Shown: piece after piece, positions 41,122-51,476 of the stretch
How positions within the stretch are numbered: position 1 is the stretch's first letter
Layout: every line of letters begins with the position of its first letter
From: Bdellovibrionales bacterium
Lineage (GTDB): Bacteria; Bdellovibrionota; Bdellovibrionia; Bdellovibrionales; UBA1609
Length of the DNA: 64,000 nucleotides
Direction: 5' to 3'
Assembly (NCBI GenBank): GCA_965200875.1
Contig: OZ241456.1
Span: forward strand, 1,408,001 to 1,472,000
Position numbers and translations under genes: made by a program
Notes under the pieces: model-generated
Seen by the model: only the letters and a program-made list of their open reading frames with translations
Databases searched by the model: none
What the model was told of the DNA's origin: nothing

Positions 41122-42738
41122 TTATTTTTTTCTGGTTCTTTTCCTTATAATCTGCAAACACTCCATTGCCTGTGGCAGGCGCAATAAAGCCCCACCACCA
41201 AAATACAAAACAACTGAAGACACAAGCACAAATATAAGGCATAGCACAGAAGCAAAGTCAGTCGATTCCCTCCCCAGAAAATCTTTTAAAAAATTAACCG
41301 AAACATCAAAAGAAAAACGCAAATACAAAGCCAGCACAATCAACACGGGAAGAGCACACAAAATCTTTTTAAAAGTTTGCAATAAATACAAGCTACCCAC
41401 AAGAAATGGATAACCTCCCATCAAAAGCAACACAAAAAATAAATTAGAGATCACAGTGGCTCCTGTTAAACCCTCTAAACCAAAAAAATGAACCATATAA
41501 GGCGTAAAAAACCAATGAAACAACACATATAAACAAGAGCAAAGAGCCGGATACCATGTATTTTTAACAGCGTAAAAACAAACAGCCAATGCCCTAGAAA
41601 GGGAAGAGCTTATGAGCAAAAAAGAATAAATTTTCAAAACCAAAGCAGTTTTTTCTGCTGTTAAGGTATCAAATCGACCTCTTTGAAATAAAACTTCCAC
41701 AATAGGAAATCCAATATAATAAAAAACTATCGCGCAAGGCAGGATCAAAAACAAAAGTATATCCCTTTGATCCGCCGCAGTCCTTAACATTTGATCTGTT
41801 TTCCCTGTAGCGGAAAAATGGGAAAGGCTGGGCAAAAGTGCTGTACCCAAGCTAATGGCAATTAAAGATCTGGGAAGCTCCAGCAACCGATCCCCATAAT
41901 AAATATAAGTATGAGTCCCCTCCTCCAACAAACCTGAAAAATAAAGATTTAAAAGTCCGATAATGGCAAACCCACCCACGCCCACAATTCCAGGCAGAAA
42001 ACGACTCGCCATGAGCTTGAGATCAGTAGATGAAAAGGAAAATCGTAAATGAGGAAGAAATCCCAGACGAAGCAATAAACCAGCTGTTAAAATTACCTGA
42101 ACCACACCTCCCGCTAAAACTCCCCAACACAAAAGCAAAGGGGGAAAAGCCACAATATCTTTTGGAAAAAAAGAAAACACAATCATAAATACATTTAAAA
42201 ATGCAGGTGCTAAAGCTGGCACAAAAAATCGCCCCAAAGCATTAGCCACACCCATAAAATAAGCATAGAGAATCACAAAAAATAAATATACGAACAACAA
42301 GCGAGCCATCACCACGGCCATTTGTAATTTCCCTTCCACTTCCGCAAAAGGGGTGTTGGCAAACAGAGAGTGCAGTAAAGGATCCATTAGCATAATACCC
42401 AAAGCTGTTAAAACAGACACAACAATCAATAAGATGGTATAGACACTGTTCATAAAGTTTCTGGCTCGCTTTTGAGATTCCTCCTCAGGAAAACCGGAAA
42501 GGCATTGTATAAAAATAGGGATAAAACTAATGGAGAGCGCGCCTTCCCCTAAAAACCTGCGAAAAAAATTAGGTAATCTGAAAGCAACAAAAAAAGCGTC
42601 TGTTTCCGTTCTGCTGAAAAAAGACCCTATTACCATATCTCTGATTAAACCTAACACCCTAGAAACCAAAGTGCCTGCTGACATAAGAAAAGCCAACCAC
42701 ACTACCTTTTGATTACCCTTTTTTAAATCTGTGGACAT
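41122..42738 (-). CDS. murJ: Lipid II flippase
   Basis: SRVLGLIRD, DAFFVAFRLPNFFRRFLGEGALS, RLLELP, LFQRGRF. Confidence 0.95.
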   Translation of the reverse strand: MSTDLKKGNQKVVWLAFLMSAGTLVSRVLGLIRDMVIGSFFSRTETDAFFVAFRLPNFFRRFLGEGALSISFIPIFIQCLSGFPEEESQKRARNFMNSVYTILLIVVSVLTALGIMLMDPLLHSLFANTPFAEVEGKLQMAVVMARLLFVYLFFVILYAYFMGVANALGRFFVPALAPAFLNVFMIVFSFFPKDIVAFPPLLLCWGVLAGGVVQVILTAGLLLRLGFLPHLRFSFSSTDLKLMASRFLPGIVGVGGFAIIGLLNLYFSGLLEEGTHTYIYYGDRLLELPRSLIAISLGTALLPSLSHFSATGKTDQMLRTAADQRDILLFLILPCAIVFYYIGFPIVEVLFQRGRFDTLTAEKTALVLKIYSFLLISSSLSRALAVCFYAVKNTWYPALCSCLYVLFHWFFTPYMVHFFGLEGLTGATVISNLFFVLLLMGGYPFLVGSLYLLQTFKKILCALPVLIVLALYLRFSFDVSVNFLKDFLGRESTDFASVLCLIFVLVSSVVLYFGGGALLRLPQAMECLQIIRKRTRKK

Positions 42739-42897
42739 CAAAACAACCCCAAATTTGTCTGTATATTTCATCTGTTTGTTCCCACCAACCGCAAAATACA
42801 AAGAACTAAAACTCCTGAACAGCTTGTCAGCTAAAAAAAGTTGTGATATTTTTGCTCGGCTATGGTACTTTTTCTTATATAACAGGAACATAACTAT

Positions 42898-43161
42898 ATG
42901 GCTAATCATAAATCAGCAAGGAAAAGAATCCGCCAGACAATCCGGCGCAAGCAGGTTAATAAACGTGCTCAAAGCAATCTGCGCACTTTGGAAAAAAGTC
43001 TTCGGCAAGCTATTGAACAAAAAGATAAAACCAAAGCAGAGGAACTGTTAAAAAACTTCAACAGGGAAATGGATCGCTCCGTTCATAGAATCGGCATGCA
43101 CAGAAACAAAATCAACAGAAAAAAATCCCAGGTCACTCTCTTGGTAAATAATCTCCATTAA
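42898..43161 (+). CDS. rpsT: 30S ribosomal protein S20
   Basis: MANHKSARKRIRQ...HRNKINRKKS. Confidence 0.96.
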   Translation: MANHKSARKRIRQTIRRKQVNKRAQSNLRTLEKSLRQAIEQKDKTKAEELLKNFNREMDRSVHRIGMHRNKINRKKSQVTLLVNNLH

Positions 43162-43172
43162 AAATGAACCAA

Positions 43173-44090
43173 TCAGCTTTTTATGTTCAAAGTTTCCTTT
43201 AATTGCGACAAAACATGAAGAGCTTTTTCCACACGAGAGCGTAAATCAGCAACAACTACAGGCAATTTTACTTTGTCCAACCTTCCTTCTTCTCTTTCCT
43301 CTGAAAACAATATACCCTTCATCTCTAACAGATTTTGCTCTATCTGCTGAATGAAAAGTGACATGTCCTCAGGAAGAGTGATCCCTTGCATGAGCAGGTG
43401 ATCTTTTAAATTTCTGATTTGTTTATCCCTCTTGCCTATTTCCTGCCTTTGATGATAAAGCTCTTTTTCCACCTTTTCCAAAAACTGTCTGAAATCTCTC
43501 AATAACTCCGGTTTTATATTGATCTCAGAAGGGGAAGCAAACAAAGAGGTTTGAATAGTCTCATCCTCCCAATTAATCTGTATATAATCCCGGATCCATT
43601 TCACTTCAGCTCGAGGTTTATTTGCATAAAGAGGCAGGGATTCCAAAACCGCCCGCAAATACTCTGTCACAAAAGGATATTCCTCAGATGAAAGATTACA
43701 CTTAAAACTGAAAAAACCTGGTTCACTTCTGTCATTTAACAAAGAAAAACCATCGGAAATAAAATAAGACAAAAACACTGGCAAATAAGAAAAAATCGGT
43801 TCTGGTTCCGCTCTCCGCATTTTCAGAACACTGTCCAACTCCCCCCACGCACCAAGTTCAAAGCAGGAATGCCCCACACTGATTAAAAAATCCTGATCTA
43901 CAAAATGCGCGGAATATTCATGAACCAGTTTATTTAAAAAGGATTCCACCTGACTTAAATCCATCCATTGAGACGGATCTTTTAAAAACTCCATTTCCAA
44001 AGAAGTAAGCTCAAACAAGCGGGAAACATCAAATCCCCTTGCTCGTAAAAAACAATAAAAAGAATGGGTAATTTTTCCACTGACTCGCAT
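43173..44090 (-). CDS. Hypothetical cytoplasmic sensor-like protein with a C-terminal coiled coil
   Basis: Long ORF with EFLKDPSQWM and WGELDSVLKM; no HATPase motifs. Confidence 0.75.
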   Translation of the reverse strand: MRVSGKITHSFYCFLRARGFDVSRLFELTSLEMEFLKDPSQWMDLSQVESFLNKLVHEYSAHFVDQDFLISVGHSCFELGAWGELDSVLKMRRAEPEPIFSYLPVFLSYFISDGFSLLNDRSEPGFFSFKCNLSSEEYPFVTEYLRAVLESLPLYANKPRAEVKWIRDYIQINWEDETIQTSLFASPSEINIKPELLRDFRQFLEKVEKELYHQRQEIGKRDKQIRNLKDHLLMQGITLPEDMSLFIQQIEQNLLEMKGILFSEEREEGRLDKVKLPVVVADLRSRVEKALHVLSQLKETLNIKS

Positions 44091-44277
44091 AATGACACAC
44101 TTTACAGCCAAAACCCATTTTTTTCCATATTTTTTTAAGTGGCTCTAAAGGTTTGATAATATAAGGATAAAATTTATTCATTTATAAAACCAGACCTTGG
44201 TACTATAAGCTGATATTTTATTTTGTAATTCAATACACATTACCCTCAATTATGATAAAAAATGCTAATATGGTATA

Positions 44278-46512
44278 ATGAATCTATTAAGCATTATTTT
44301 TTTCTTGTTATTGTATACACTGCCCCGCACAGCTTTATACCCAAATTTAATGTCAGCAACTCAGCCCAATCAAATCCTACCGGAATTTTTTTTCGCGGAT
44401 AGTAACAAATGGCCTGATAAAAAGCCAATCTTCCAACAAGTCAACAAGCACAAAAGCCTCAAAGCCTCAGAGCCTCAAAGCAAATACCAACAAGCTCAAA
44501 ATCAACAAACAAACAACAAAAAAATCAGTAATCAGAAAAACCAAAATACCACTTATAAAAATCCAGACTTTTATATCAGAGATTTAATAGCCACAAGGAA
44601 AAATCTTAACTATAAAAATTATTACATTACGGTGTATCAAAAAATTTGCCCTTATATGAAAGCTCTACAATCGATGAATGCAAAAAAACAGATTAGCCCA
44701 CAAAAAAGGGTGAGGTTCATAAGAGAAGTTGTAAAAATCTATGATAAAGTGTTTGATTTTTCAGGCGAGCATTATGTAATGTATTGTGTGTATAATGGTC
44801 ATAAACCCTCTGAATTAAATGAAATTCTAAGCATCAGCCGGACAATTCTTTCCCGTAAAAAACAAAAAAAAATTACGAAAATGCTACAATTATGCCACAA
44901 AGAGAAAAAAGAAGGAAACGGTGATAATCCGAAACATTTAAAACCGAAATTTTCGTGGAAAAATATCCAGCTCCTTCCTTCAAGCAACTATGGCAATCTG
45001 TCCTCTTCCGCCAGACACAATTACATTAAAAATGTAAAAAAAAGTTTTCTCCATTTTGAGTTGGCTGTCAAAGACAAATCTCCTGCTCAAAAGAAAACTG
45101 CGCTTTTATTTCCTTTTTTTTTCATCGCAAAAGCTCAAGCCAACCCTGCAAACCAATGCCTGATAGGGGGTGTGATGAGAGAGAAAACTTATAACGAATA
45201 CCTGAAGAAAGTTATTTGCCCGACCTTTGAAAGAGAGTGTGAAGGACGCCCAGAAACTTTTCAGTGTGGAGCCGTGTTCAACAACAAATGTATTTCTAGG
45301 AAACCAGCAACAAGTATATCAGACAGATGTTATAAAGCTTCAGAAAACATACCAATTAGCTCGCAAGATTACCAACAATATAAATCCTCAGTTGAAGATA
45401 TTGCCCAAGAATTTTGTAGAGGAAAACACAAATTCGGGGGGGGATGTATTAGTTTGATGAACAGATTACAATACATTAATACAACAGCTGGCCAAACCCC
45501 CGCCCCTCCTACTGAGGAAACCAGCTCTCAACCTCAACAATTATCAACGAGTGGCTCGACAACAGATGATCCAGTTCTTTCAGCAGATGCACAAACAGAA
45601 GCCAGTGCAACCTGTATGGATGATTGTCAAAACAATACCAGCTCAGTCCAAGAAGAGGTAGAGGAGTTAAAAGAACTCATACCAACACCAACTGCTGAGT
45701 CTGAACACGAAAGGATGATACAATATTTTACAGATACTGTTTTTGAACACGCTGACTGTGAATGCGAGGGAAATGATGGTTGCAAAAGAGGTTGCAAGCG
45801 TGAAATAAACCAGCCAGATGAATCTCCCCCTGTGCTTACATGTACTGGTTCAAGAAATAAATACACTAGTACTTCAAGTTGTATGCAACATGTAAGAAAT
45901 GCTATTATGAATACAGCTAATAAGTTTTTAACAAGATACTGCGATAAGAAGAACACACCTTCAAATACAAATTCAACGGAGCACGAGCAATGTTACAACG
46001 AGTTGAATGGAGGAGGACCTCCAGAAGGGTATAGTCTGTGCAAACATGGACTTATTTTACACCACGCTTTATGTGCGTTGAATTTAGATGATCCGCAAAA
46101 CACGAGCATTTTTAATGAAAAAATTCAAGACAATCAAACTAAAAGTGACTGTAGGGGATGGAAGAATAATGTAAATAAACAATTACTCTCCATTCCTGTT
46201 GTAAAAAATGACGGTAGCGTCGAGAATATCCCTCTTTTCAAAAAAATACCAAAGGAGCAAAATGAAGTTTTTCAAAATGATCCCAGTCAAATCCCAGAAG
46301 GGGCTATTGTTGTCATGCAAGTTACAGGAAGTCGTTCTGGTCATATAGAAATAAAAACCGGTAAAAACAAATGCGCGGAAAAAGGACCTATCTCTGGAAA
46401 CAAACCTTGTTTTTGTAGTGACTACTGTACAGCAAGAGGGGAAAACTATTCAGGTCATACATTGGAGGCTGTATTTCAATGGAATCCAGAACTGATGGAA
46501 CATATACGATAG
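44278..46512 (+). CDS. Secreted Cys-rich protein with a putative C-terminal CHAP/NlpC-like amidase domain
   Basis: N-terminal hydrophobic signal; CMQHVRNAI ... PEGAIVV...GHIEIK...FCSDY. Confidence 0.7.
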   Translation: MNLLSIIFFLLLYTLPRTALYPNLMSATQPNQILPEFFFADSNKWPDKKPIFQQVNKHKSLKASEPQSKYQQAQNQQTNNKKISNQKNQNTTYKNPDFYIRDLIATRKNLNYKNYYITVYQKICPYMKALQSMNAKKQISPQKRVRFIREVVKIYDKVFDFSGEHYVMYCVYNGHKPSELNEILSISRTILSRKKQKKITKMLQLCHKEKKEGNGDNPKHLKPKFSWKNIQLLPSSNYGNLSSSARHNYIKNVKKSFLHFELAVKDKSPAQKKTALLFPFFFIAKAQANPANQCLIGGVMREKTYNEYLKKVICPTFERECEGRPETFQCGAVFNNKCISRKPATSISDRCYKASENIPISSQDYQQYKSSVEDIAQEFCRGKHKFGGGCISLMNRLQYINTTAGQTPAPPTEETSSQPQQLSTSGSTTDDPVLSADAQTEASATCMDDCQNNTSSVQEEVEELKELIPTPTAESEHERMIQYFTDTVFEHADCECEGNDGCKRGCKREINQPDESPPVLTCTGSRNKYTSTSSCMQHVRNAIMNTANKFLTRYCDKKNTPSNTNSTEHEQCYNELNGGGPPEGYSLCKHGLILHHALCALNLDDPQNTSIFNEKIQDNQTKSDCRGWKNNVNKQLLSIPVVKNDGSVENIPLFKKIPKEQNEVFQNDPSQIPEGAIVVMQVTGSRSGHIEIKTGKNKCAEKGPISGNKPCFCSDYCTARGENYSGHTLEAVFQWNPELMEHIR

Positions 46513-46586
46513 AAACTTTATCAAAAAAAATCAGGACCCCGATATTTGACTCTTCAAAAAAAACATCAATATAAAGAGAATAACTT

Positions 46587-47321
46587 ATGGATAAAAAAAA
46601 TAGAAAATCACAACAACATAGTAATCATTTGGATTTAGATCTGTTGAATTTTGTCAGCCATGAGTTAAAAACCCCTCTTTCCACTCTTAAATTAAATGTG
46701 GAAGTATTAAAGTCCTCTGTGTCGCATAAGGAAAAAAGACTTATAGAAATCATGGACGAAGAAGTGGAATGGATGATCCAGTTTATCTCTGACACTTTAG
46801 AACTGAGAAAAATCAGCAGTAATAAAGCTGTTTTAAAAGTAAACCGGCACAAATGGGGCGTGTGGTTTCAGACGATTCAAAACAGTATGGAAAAAAAAGC
46901 AACACTTTTTGGAAGAACATTAAAAATTAAGCCAGCAAAGCTGGAAACAGAAGTGTATATGGATACTTTTTATATAAAACAAGCTTTGTCAAACTTGATA
47001 ATGAACGCCGTAAATTATTCTCCTAAGGGAGGCACAATAGAAGTTTCTTGGGAGCAACAAGAGGCAGAGCACTTGCAGGTACGAGTGGAGGATGAGGGAC
47101 CAGGTATTAATCTAAAAGATAAAGAAAAAATATTTGAAGCTTTTTATAAAGACAGAGAATATTTAAATCAAACCATCAAAGCCAGTGGTTTGGGGTTGGC
47201 TATTGTAAAAAAAATTATTCAAGCTCATGGAGGGGAAGTTTCTGCCGATAATCGTCCAAATCAAAAAGGAGCTGTTTTTGTGTTCACTCTTCCTCGAATC
47301 AAAACAGAACCCGAAAACTAG
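46587..47321 (+). CDS. Sensorless histidine kinase (HisKA + HATPase only)
   Basis: SHELKTPL at residue 24; NLIMNAVNY, DEGPGI, SGLGLAI. Confidence 0.92.
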   Translation: MDKKNRKSQQHSNHLDLDLLNFVSHELKTPLSTLKLNVEVLKSSVSHKEKRLIEIMDEEVEWMIQFISDTLELRKISSNKAVLKVNRHKWGVWFQTIQNSMEKKATLFGRTLKIKPAKLETEVYMDTFYIKQALSNLIMNAVNYSPKGGTIEVSWEQQEAEHLQVRVEDEGPGINLKDKEKIFEAFYKDREYLNQTIKASGLGLAIVKKIIQAHGGEVSADNRPNQKGAVFVFTLPRIKTEPEN

Positions 47322-47332
47322 GAGGGGTAATT

Positions 47333-48703
47333 ATGAAAACAACTTATTTGAAAAACATTCTTAAAGAAGATCAAATCAGCACAAAGCCGGATATGTTACA
47401 AAAATACGGAAAGGACTGGCTGGATCTTTACACACCCTCGCCCTCTATGGTGCTTTTCCCTGAATCCCATAAAAATGTGCAAGACATTGTCAAGTGGGCT
47501 GTAAAGTCTCATATTTCCTTGGTGGCCTCTGGAGGACGCACAGGGCTTAGTGGATCAGCTGTAGCTCAAAACCAAGAAGTGATATTGTCGTTTGAGCGTA
47601 TGAACCAAATTTTGGCATTTAATGAAATAGAACAAACTTTAACAGTACAACCGGGAGTTATCACCAAAACTGTTCAAGAACAAGCTGAAAAAAAGTCGCT
47701 TTATTTTCCTCTTTCTTTTGCTTCTGAAGGCTCAAGTCAAATCGGAGGCAATGTAGCCACCAATGCGGGAGGTGTCCATGTTATACGCTATGGTTCTCTT
47801 GGAAAATGGATTACAGGCGCGAAAGTTATTACAGGAGAAGGAAAAGCCCTGGCCTTAGGGCGCGGACTGATTAAAAACACAGCTGGCTACAACCTTCTTA
47901 ACCTTTTCATCGGTTCGGAAGGCACTTTGGGTTTGATAACGGAAATCACCTTGCAACTTACAAAAAAACCGGAACCGCCGTGTGTATTTTTATTTTCTAT
48001 TGCAGAACTAAATTCGTTAATGAAACTCTATTACTTGTTTAAATCCCAAATCTCTTTAAGAGCTTTTGAAATGTTTACCAATTTGGCTGTGGAGTACACG
48101 CAAAAAAATTCCTCGTATCCTTTCCCTTTACAAGAAAAGAGCATGTACTATGCGTTGATTGAATGTGACCAAAGTGACCAAGAAAAAGCACTTTCTCTCT
48201 TTGAATCTGCTTTAAAAAGTGGCTATGTTATGGATGGAGTTGTCAGTGAAAATTCCCGCCAGGTCAAGGAGCTTTGGGCCATCCGAGAAAATATCAGTGA
48301 ATCTCTTTCACCCCACTTTCCTTATAAAAATGATATATCAGTTCGTATTTCTAGCCTGCCGGATTTTTTATCTGAAATGAACAAAACCTTAAATGAGGAA
48401 TATCCTGATTTCAAAGTGGTGTGGTTTGGTCATATAGGAGATGGAAATCTGCATATTAATATTTTAAAACCGCAAAAAATGAAAAAAGATTTATTTATAA
48501 AAAAATGCGAAAAAGTAAATGATATTTTATTCTCCCTTATAAAAAAATACAGAGGATCCATTTCCGCTGAACATGGGGTGGGACTTTTAAAAAAGCCATA
48601 TCTGTTTTACTCCTGTTCCGAGGATGAATTGATGTACATGAAAGCCCTAAAAAAGATTTTTGATCCAAAGGGAATCTTGAATCCAGGGAAAATATTTGAT
48701 TAA
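47333..48703 (+). CDS. FAD-linked D-2-hydroxyacid dehydrogenase (GlcD/D2HGDH family)
   Basis: GGRTGLSG, IGGNVATNAGG, GSEGTLG, GHIGDGNLH, SAEHGVG, ILNPGK. Confidence 0.93.
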   Translation: MKTTYLKNILKEDQISTKPDMLQKYGKDWLDLYTPSPSMVLFPESHKNVQDIVKWAVKSHISLVASGGRTGLSGSAVAQNQEVILSFERMNQILAFNEIEQTLTVQPGVITKTVQEQAEKKSLYFPLSFASEGSSQIGGNVATNAGGVHVIRYGSLGKWITGAKVITGEGKALALGRGLIKNTAGYNLLNLFIGSEGTLGLITEITLQLTKKPEPPCVFLFSIAELNSLMKLYYLFKSQISLRAFEMFTNLAVEYTQKNSSYPFPLQEKSMYYALIECDQSDQEKALSLFESALKSGYVMDGVVSENSRQVKELWAIRENISESLSPHFPYKNDISVRISSLPDFLSEMNKTLNEEYPDFKVVWFGHIGDGNLHINILKPQKMKKDLFIKKCEKVNDILFSLIKKYRGSISAEHGVGLLKKPYLFYSCSEDELMYMKALKKIFDPKGILNPGKIFD

Positions 48704-48741
48704 ACAGTTATTCTTATCAGTCAGGAAGATTATCTTGTGGG

Positions 48742-50109
48742 TTAAGGAACTTTTTTGATAATAAAACTTTCCCATTCTTTTAACTGAGTTTTCTTCATAC
48801 GAGCGTGGCATAAGATTCCAAATGAGCTAACTTCTTTTTTGTAAATAAAAGCTTTTCGATCCAAAGAATAAATTTTATCTTCTTCGTTCTTGGAGAAATA
48901 AAGTTGCACTTCTTCCGTTTGCATTTTGGAAAGCATTTCTGATATGTTTTTTTTTAATTTATCCAAGCCAGTTCTTTTTAAAGCACTAATGAAAACTTTT
49001 GGGTAGGCATTAGTTTGAAAAATTTTTTCTTTTGGTGCTATATCCATTTTGTTATACACATGGATAAGGGGTTTTTGCTCCCAGCCAAACTCAAGTATGA
49101 GCTTATTAACAGTATCCAGTTGTACTTTCATTAAAGGGCTGGACAGATCAATAATATGAAGCAACATATCCGCAGTAGCGGATTCTTCCAATGTGGCTTT
49201 AAAAGCCTCTATCAGATGAGGTGAAAGATTTTGAATAAATCCCACTGTGTCAGTGATGAGTGCGTTTTGTGAATGATTAATGTGCACCTTTCTGGTGGTG
49301 GGATCCAAAGTCATAAATGGAAGATTTTTTACCATAACAGAAGAGCTGTTGGTTAGGGCGTTAAGAAGGGCACTTTTTCCTGAATTGGTATATCCTATAA
49401 GAGCAATTACAGGAATTTTGTTTTTTTTTCTAAGAATGCGATGTTCTTTTCTGACTTTGCAAATTTTTTCAAGCTTCTTCTGAATTTTTCTGGTGCGGAT
49501 CTGGACTTGTCGCCGATCTTTTTCAATAGCTTTTTCTCCTGGTCCTTTTGTGCCAATTCCTCCACCTTGTCTGGAAAGGGAAGACATCCAGGCTCCCACC
49601 ATTCTGGGTAGTTCATCCAGCGTGCGAGCAAGCTCCACTTGCAGTTTCCCTTCATAGGTACGTGCCCTTTGTGCAAAGATTTCTAGGATCAGCTGATTGC
49701 GATCTATCACCATAACTCTCAACTCTTTTTCTAGGTTGCGAATCTGCACACCAGAAAGAGAACAATTAAAAACAATCAGCTGATAGTCAACGGGTTTTAC
49801 CTTCTTTTGATTTGTAATATCCTCTTTTGATTCTAAGTGAGTATCTTCCAGCTGGGTGAGTTTTGGAAAGTCACCGAACCAACCAGTTTGGTTTAATTTT
49901 TTTAATTCCTGCACTTTACCAGACCCGATTAAAGTTGCCGGGTGTGATTTTTTAAGAACCTGATATGCTAGGCCCTTATATTGCAAGCCTGCCGCTCGTC
50001 CCAGCTCTTTAAATTCTTCCACTTGAGCTATGGCCAAAGGATTGGCATAGGGATGGTGAATTACAAAGAACAGAGCTTTTTTATTTCGTATTAAAGATTT
50101 ATCTGACAT
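48742..50109 (-). CDS. hflX: GTPase HflX
   Basis: ILEIFAQRA, EGKLQVELA, GGGIGTKGPGE, GYTNSGKS, DTVGF, NKMD. Confidence 0.95.
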   Translation of the reverse strand: MSDKSLIRNKKALFFVIHHPYANPLAIAQVEEFKELGRAAGLQYKGLAYQVLKKSHPATLIGSGKVQELKKLNQTGWFGDFPKLTQLEDTHLESKEDITNQKKVKPVDYQLIVFNCSLSGVQIRNLEKELRVMVIDRNQLILEIFAQRARTYEGKLQVELARTLDELPRMVGAWMSSLSRQGGGIGTKGPGEKAIEKDRRQVQIRTRKIQKKLEKICKVRKEHRILRKKNKIPVIALIGYTNSGKSALLNALTNSSSVMVKNLPFMTLDPTTRKVHINHSQNALITDTVGFIQNLSPHLIEAFKATLEESATADMLLHIIDLSSPLMKVQLDTVNKLILEFGWEQKPLIHVYNKMDIAPKEKIFQTNAYPKVFISALKRTGLDKLKKNISEMLSKMQTEEVQLYFSKNEEDKIYSLDRKAFIYKKEVSSFGILCHARMKKTQLKEWESFIIKKVP

Positions 50110-50161
50110 TTTTTGAAAAAAAGTATAAACGATAACAGTTTATATTGAAACAAAAAGTTTA

Positions 50162-50638
50162 TTAAATAAACTGGCTTCTTCTTTCAAGTCGCCATTTTCG
50201 GCGTAGTTTGGCTTGTTCAAAGTGTTTCTTTTCCTCTTCTGTTTGCAGAAACAGAGGAGGTACAGGAGTGGGTTTGTGTCTCTCATTCAAGGCCACAAAA
50301 GTCAGGTAAGCAGTGGCGGTATGACGAATATCGCCTGTGACTATATTTTCTGCCGTTACTTTTACTCCCACTTCCATAGAGGTTTTGTGGGTATAATTCA
50401 CTTGGGCCGTCAAGGTAACTACATCCCCTTTATGAACGGGAGCCAGAAAATGCACATCATCAATACTGGCCGTGACCACATTCTTGGAACAATATCTGCT
50501 GGCGGATATAGAGGCTGATATGTCAATCCAAGACATAATAACACCTCCAAATGCAGTACCCAGAGCGTTCATGTGGTTGGGTAAAATCAACTCTGTCATT
50601 TGTACAAAAGAGCGGGAAGGAGAAACAGATTTTTCCAT
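50162..50638 (-). CDS. Acyl-CoA thioesterase (hotdog fold, YciA-like)
   Basis: NALGTAFGG..MSWID, VTAS.D, TSMEVGV. Confidence 0.92.
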   Translation of the reverse strand: MEKSVSPSRSFVQMTELILPNHMNALGTAFGGVIMSWIDISASISASRYCSKNVVTASIDDVHFLAPVHKGDVVTLTAQVNYTHKTSMEVGVKVTAENIVTGDIRHTATAYLTFVALNERHKPTPVPPLFLQTEEEKKHFEQAKLRRKWRLERRSQFI

Positions 50639-50755
50639 AATGTTATTTTACAGTTTGTTGTTTTTTTTACAATAAAAGAAAAATGGTTGTCATACTAGGA
50701 AAACAGATTCACTGGTATAAAGTTTATCTTCACTTAGTTCGATAAAAACCAAACT

Positions 50756-51139
50756 TTACAGATTGTCTGTTACCGTGGAATTTCCAACAGGTATGGAATG
50801 TTCTTCCCCCTGTGTGGAAGGTCCTTCTGAATCACTTTGTGAATTGTGATTTATATCTATATCTTTTGCGTGTTCTATAAATTGCGCCATAGGAAGAGTC
50901 CAGATAATCTGCGAACGGCGAGAGATTTTCATTCGCTTATATACATTGGTCAGGTGAAATTTGACTGTCTTCTCAGCGACACATAGCTGATCAGCTACCT
51001 GTTTGTTGGTAAGACCCTGAACAACCAGAATGACGACCTCGGATTCTCGCTTTGAGAGGCCACGATCCTGTAAATAAGTTTTCATGTGTTTTACTACTGT
51101 TGGTGAGGAAAATAAAAAATCCCTTTCATTGTTGAGCAT
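50756..51139 (-). CDS. Stand-alone LuxR-type HTH regulator
   Basis: LSKRESEV..GLTNKQVA..TVKFHLTNVYKRM; AAGGAGG RBS. Confidence 0.92.
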   Translation of the reverse strand: MLNNERDFLFSSPTVVKHMKTYLQDRGLSKRESEVVILVVQGLTNKQVADQLCVAEKTVKFHLTNVYKRMKISRRSQIIWTLPMAQFIEHAKDIDINHNSQSDSEGPSTQGEEHSIPVGNSTVTDNL

Positions 51140-51288
51140 CCTTGCCCCTCCTTCGTAAAGATTATCACTAAAAATAGTTTATACAGTCTTGTTCTGATAC
51201 GGCAAGAATTAAAAACAGAAACTGGACTTAAAGGAAATATTTTATGTAATTTCAATATCTTACATTATTTAACGCGGTGCTTATATTT

Positions 51289-51366
51289 TCAGTAGATACT
51301 AAAAAAATGGCAATTATCTGTATTTAAAAATACTCCAAACAGATTATATTGGATATTATTTCTCAT
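51289..51366 (-). CDS. Putative 25-aa small ORF upstream of luxR
   Basis: AAGGAGG-CGATA-ATG; MRNNIQYNLFGVFLNTDNCHFFSIY*. Confidence 0.4.
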   Translation of the reverse strand: MRNNIQYNLFGVFLNTDNCHFFSIY

Positions 51367-51476
51367 TATCGCCTCCTTTCTTTGGCTTGATGAACCTCTC
51401 AGCTAAGCGGTAAAAAAAGCTACTAACGCACTCTGATTACTTGATTTTTTTATAAACAGTTCGGAAAATAAGAGAC

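Noticed and set aside
42739..42909. N-terminal extension of murJ
   Set aside because: Overlaps the rpsT start and the divergent promoter region; not MurJ-like. The rel extension at 26198-26341 was trimmed for similar reasons.
45436..45443. G8 tract as a phase-variation site
   Set aside because: Short, in frame, and explained by Gly codons; no supporting evidence.
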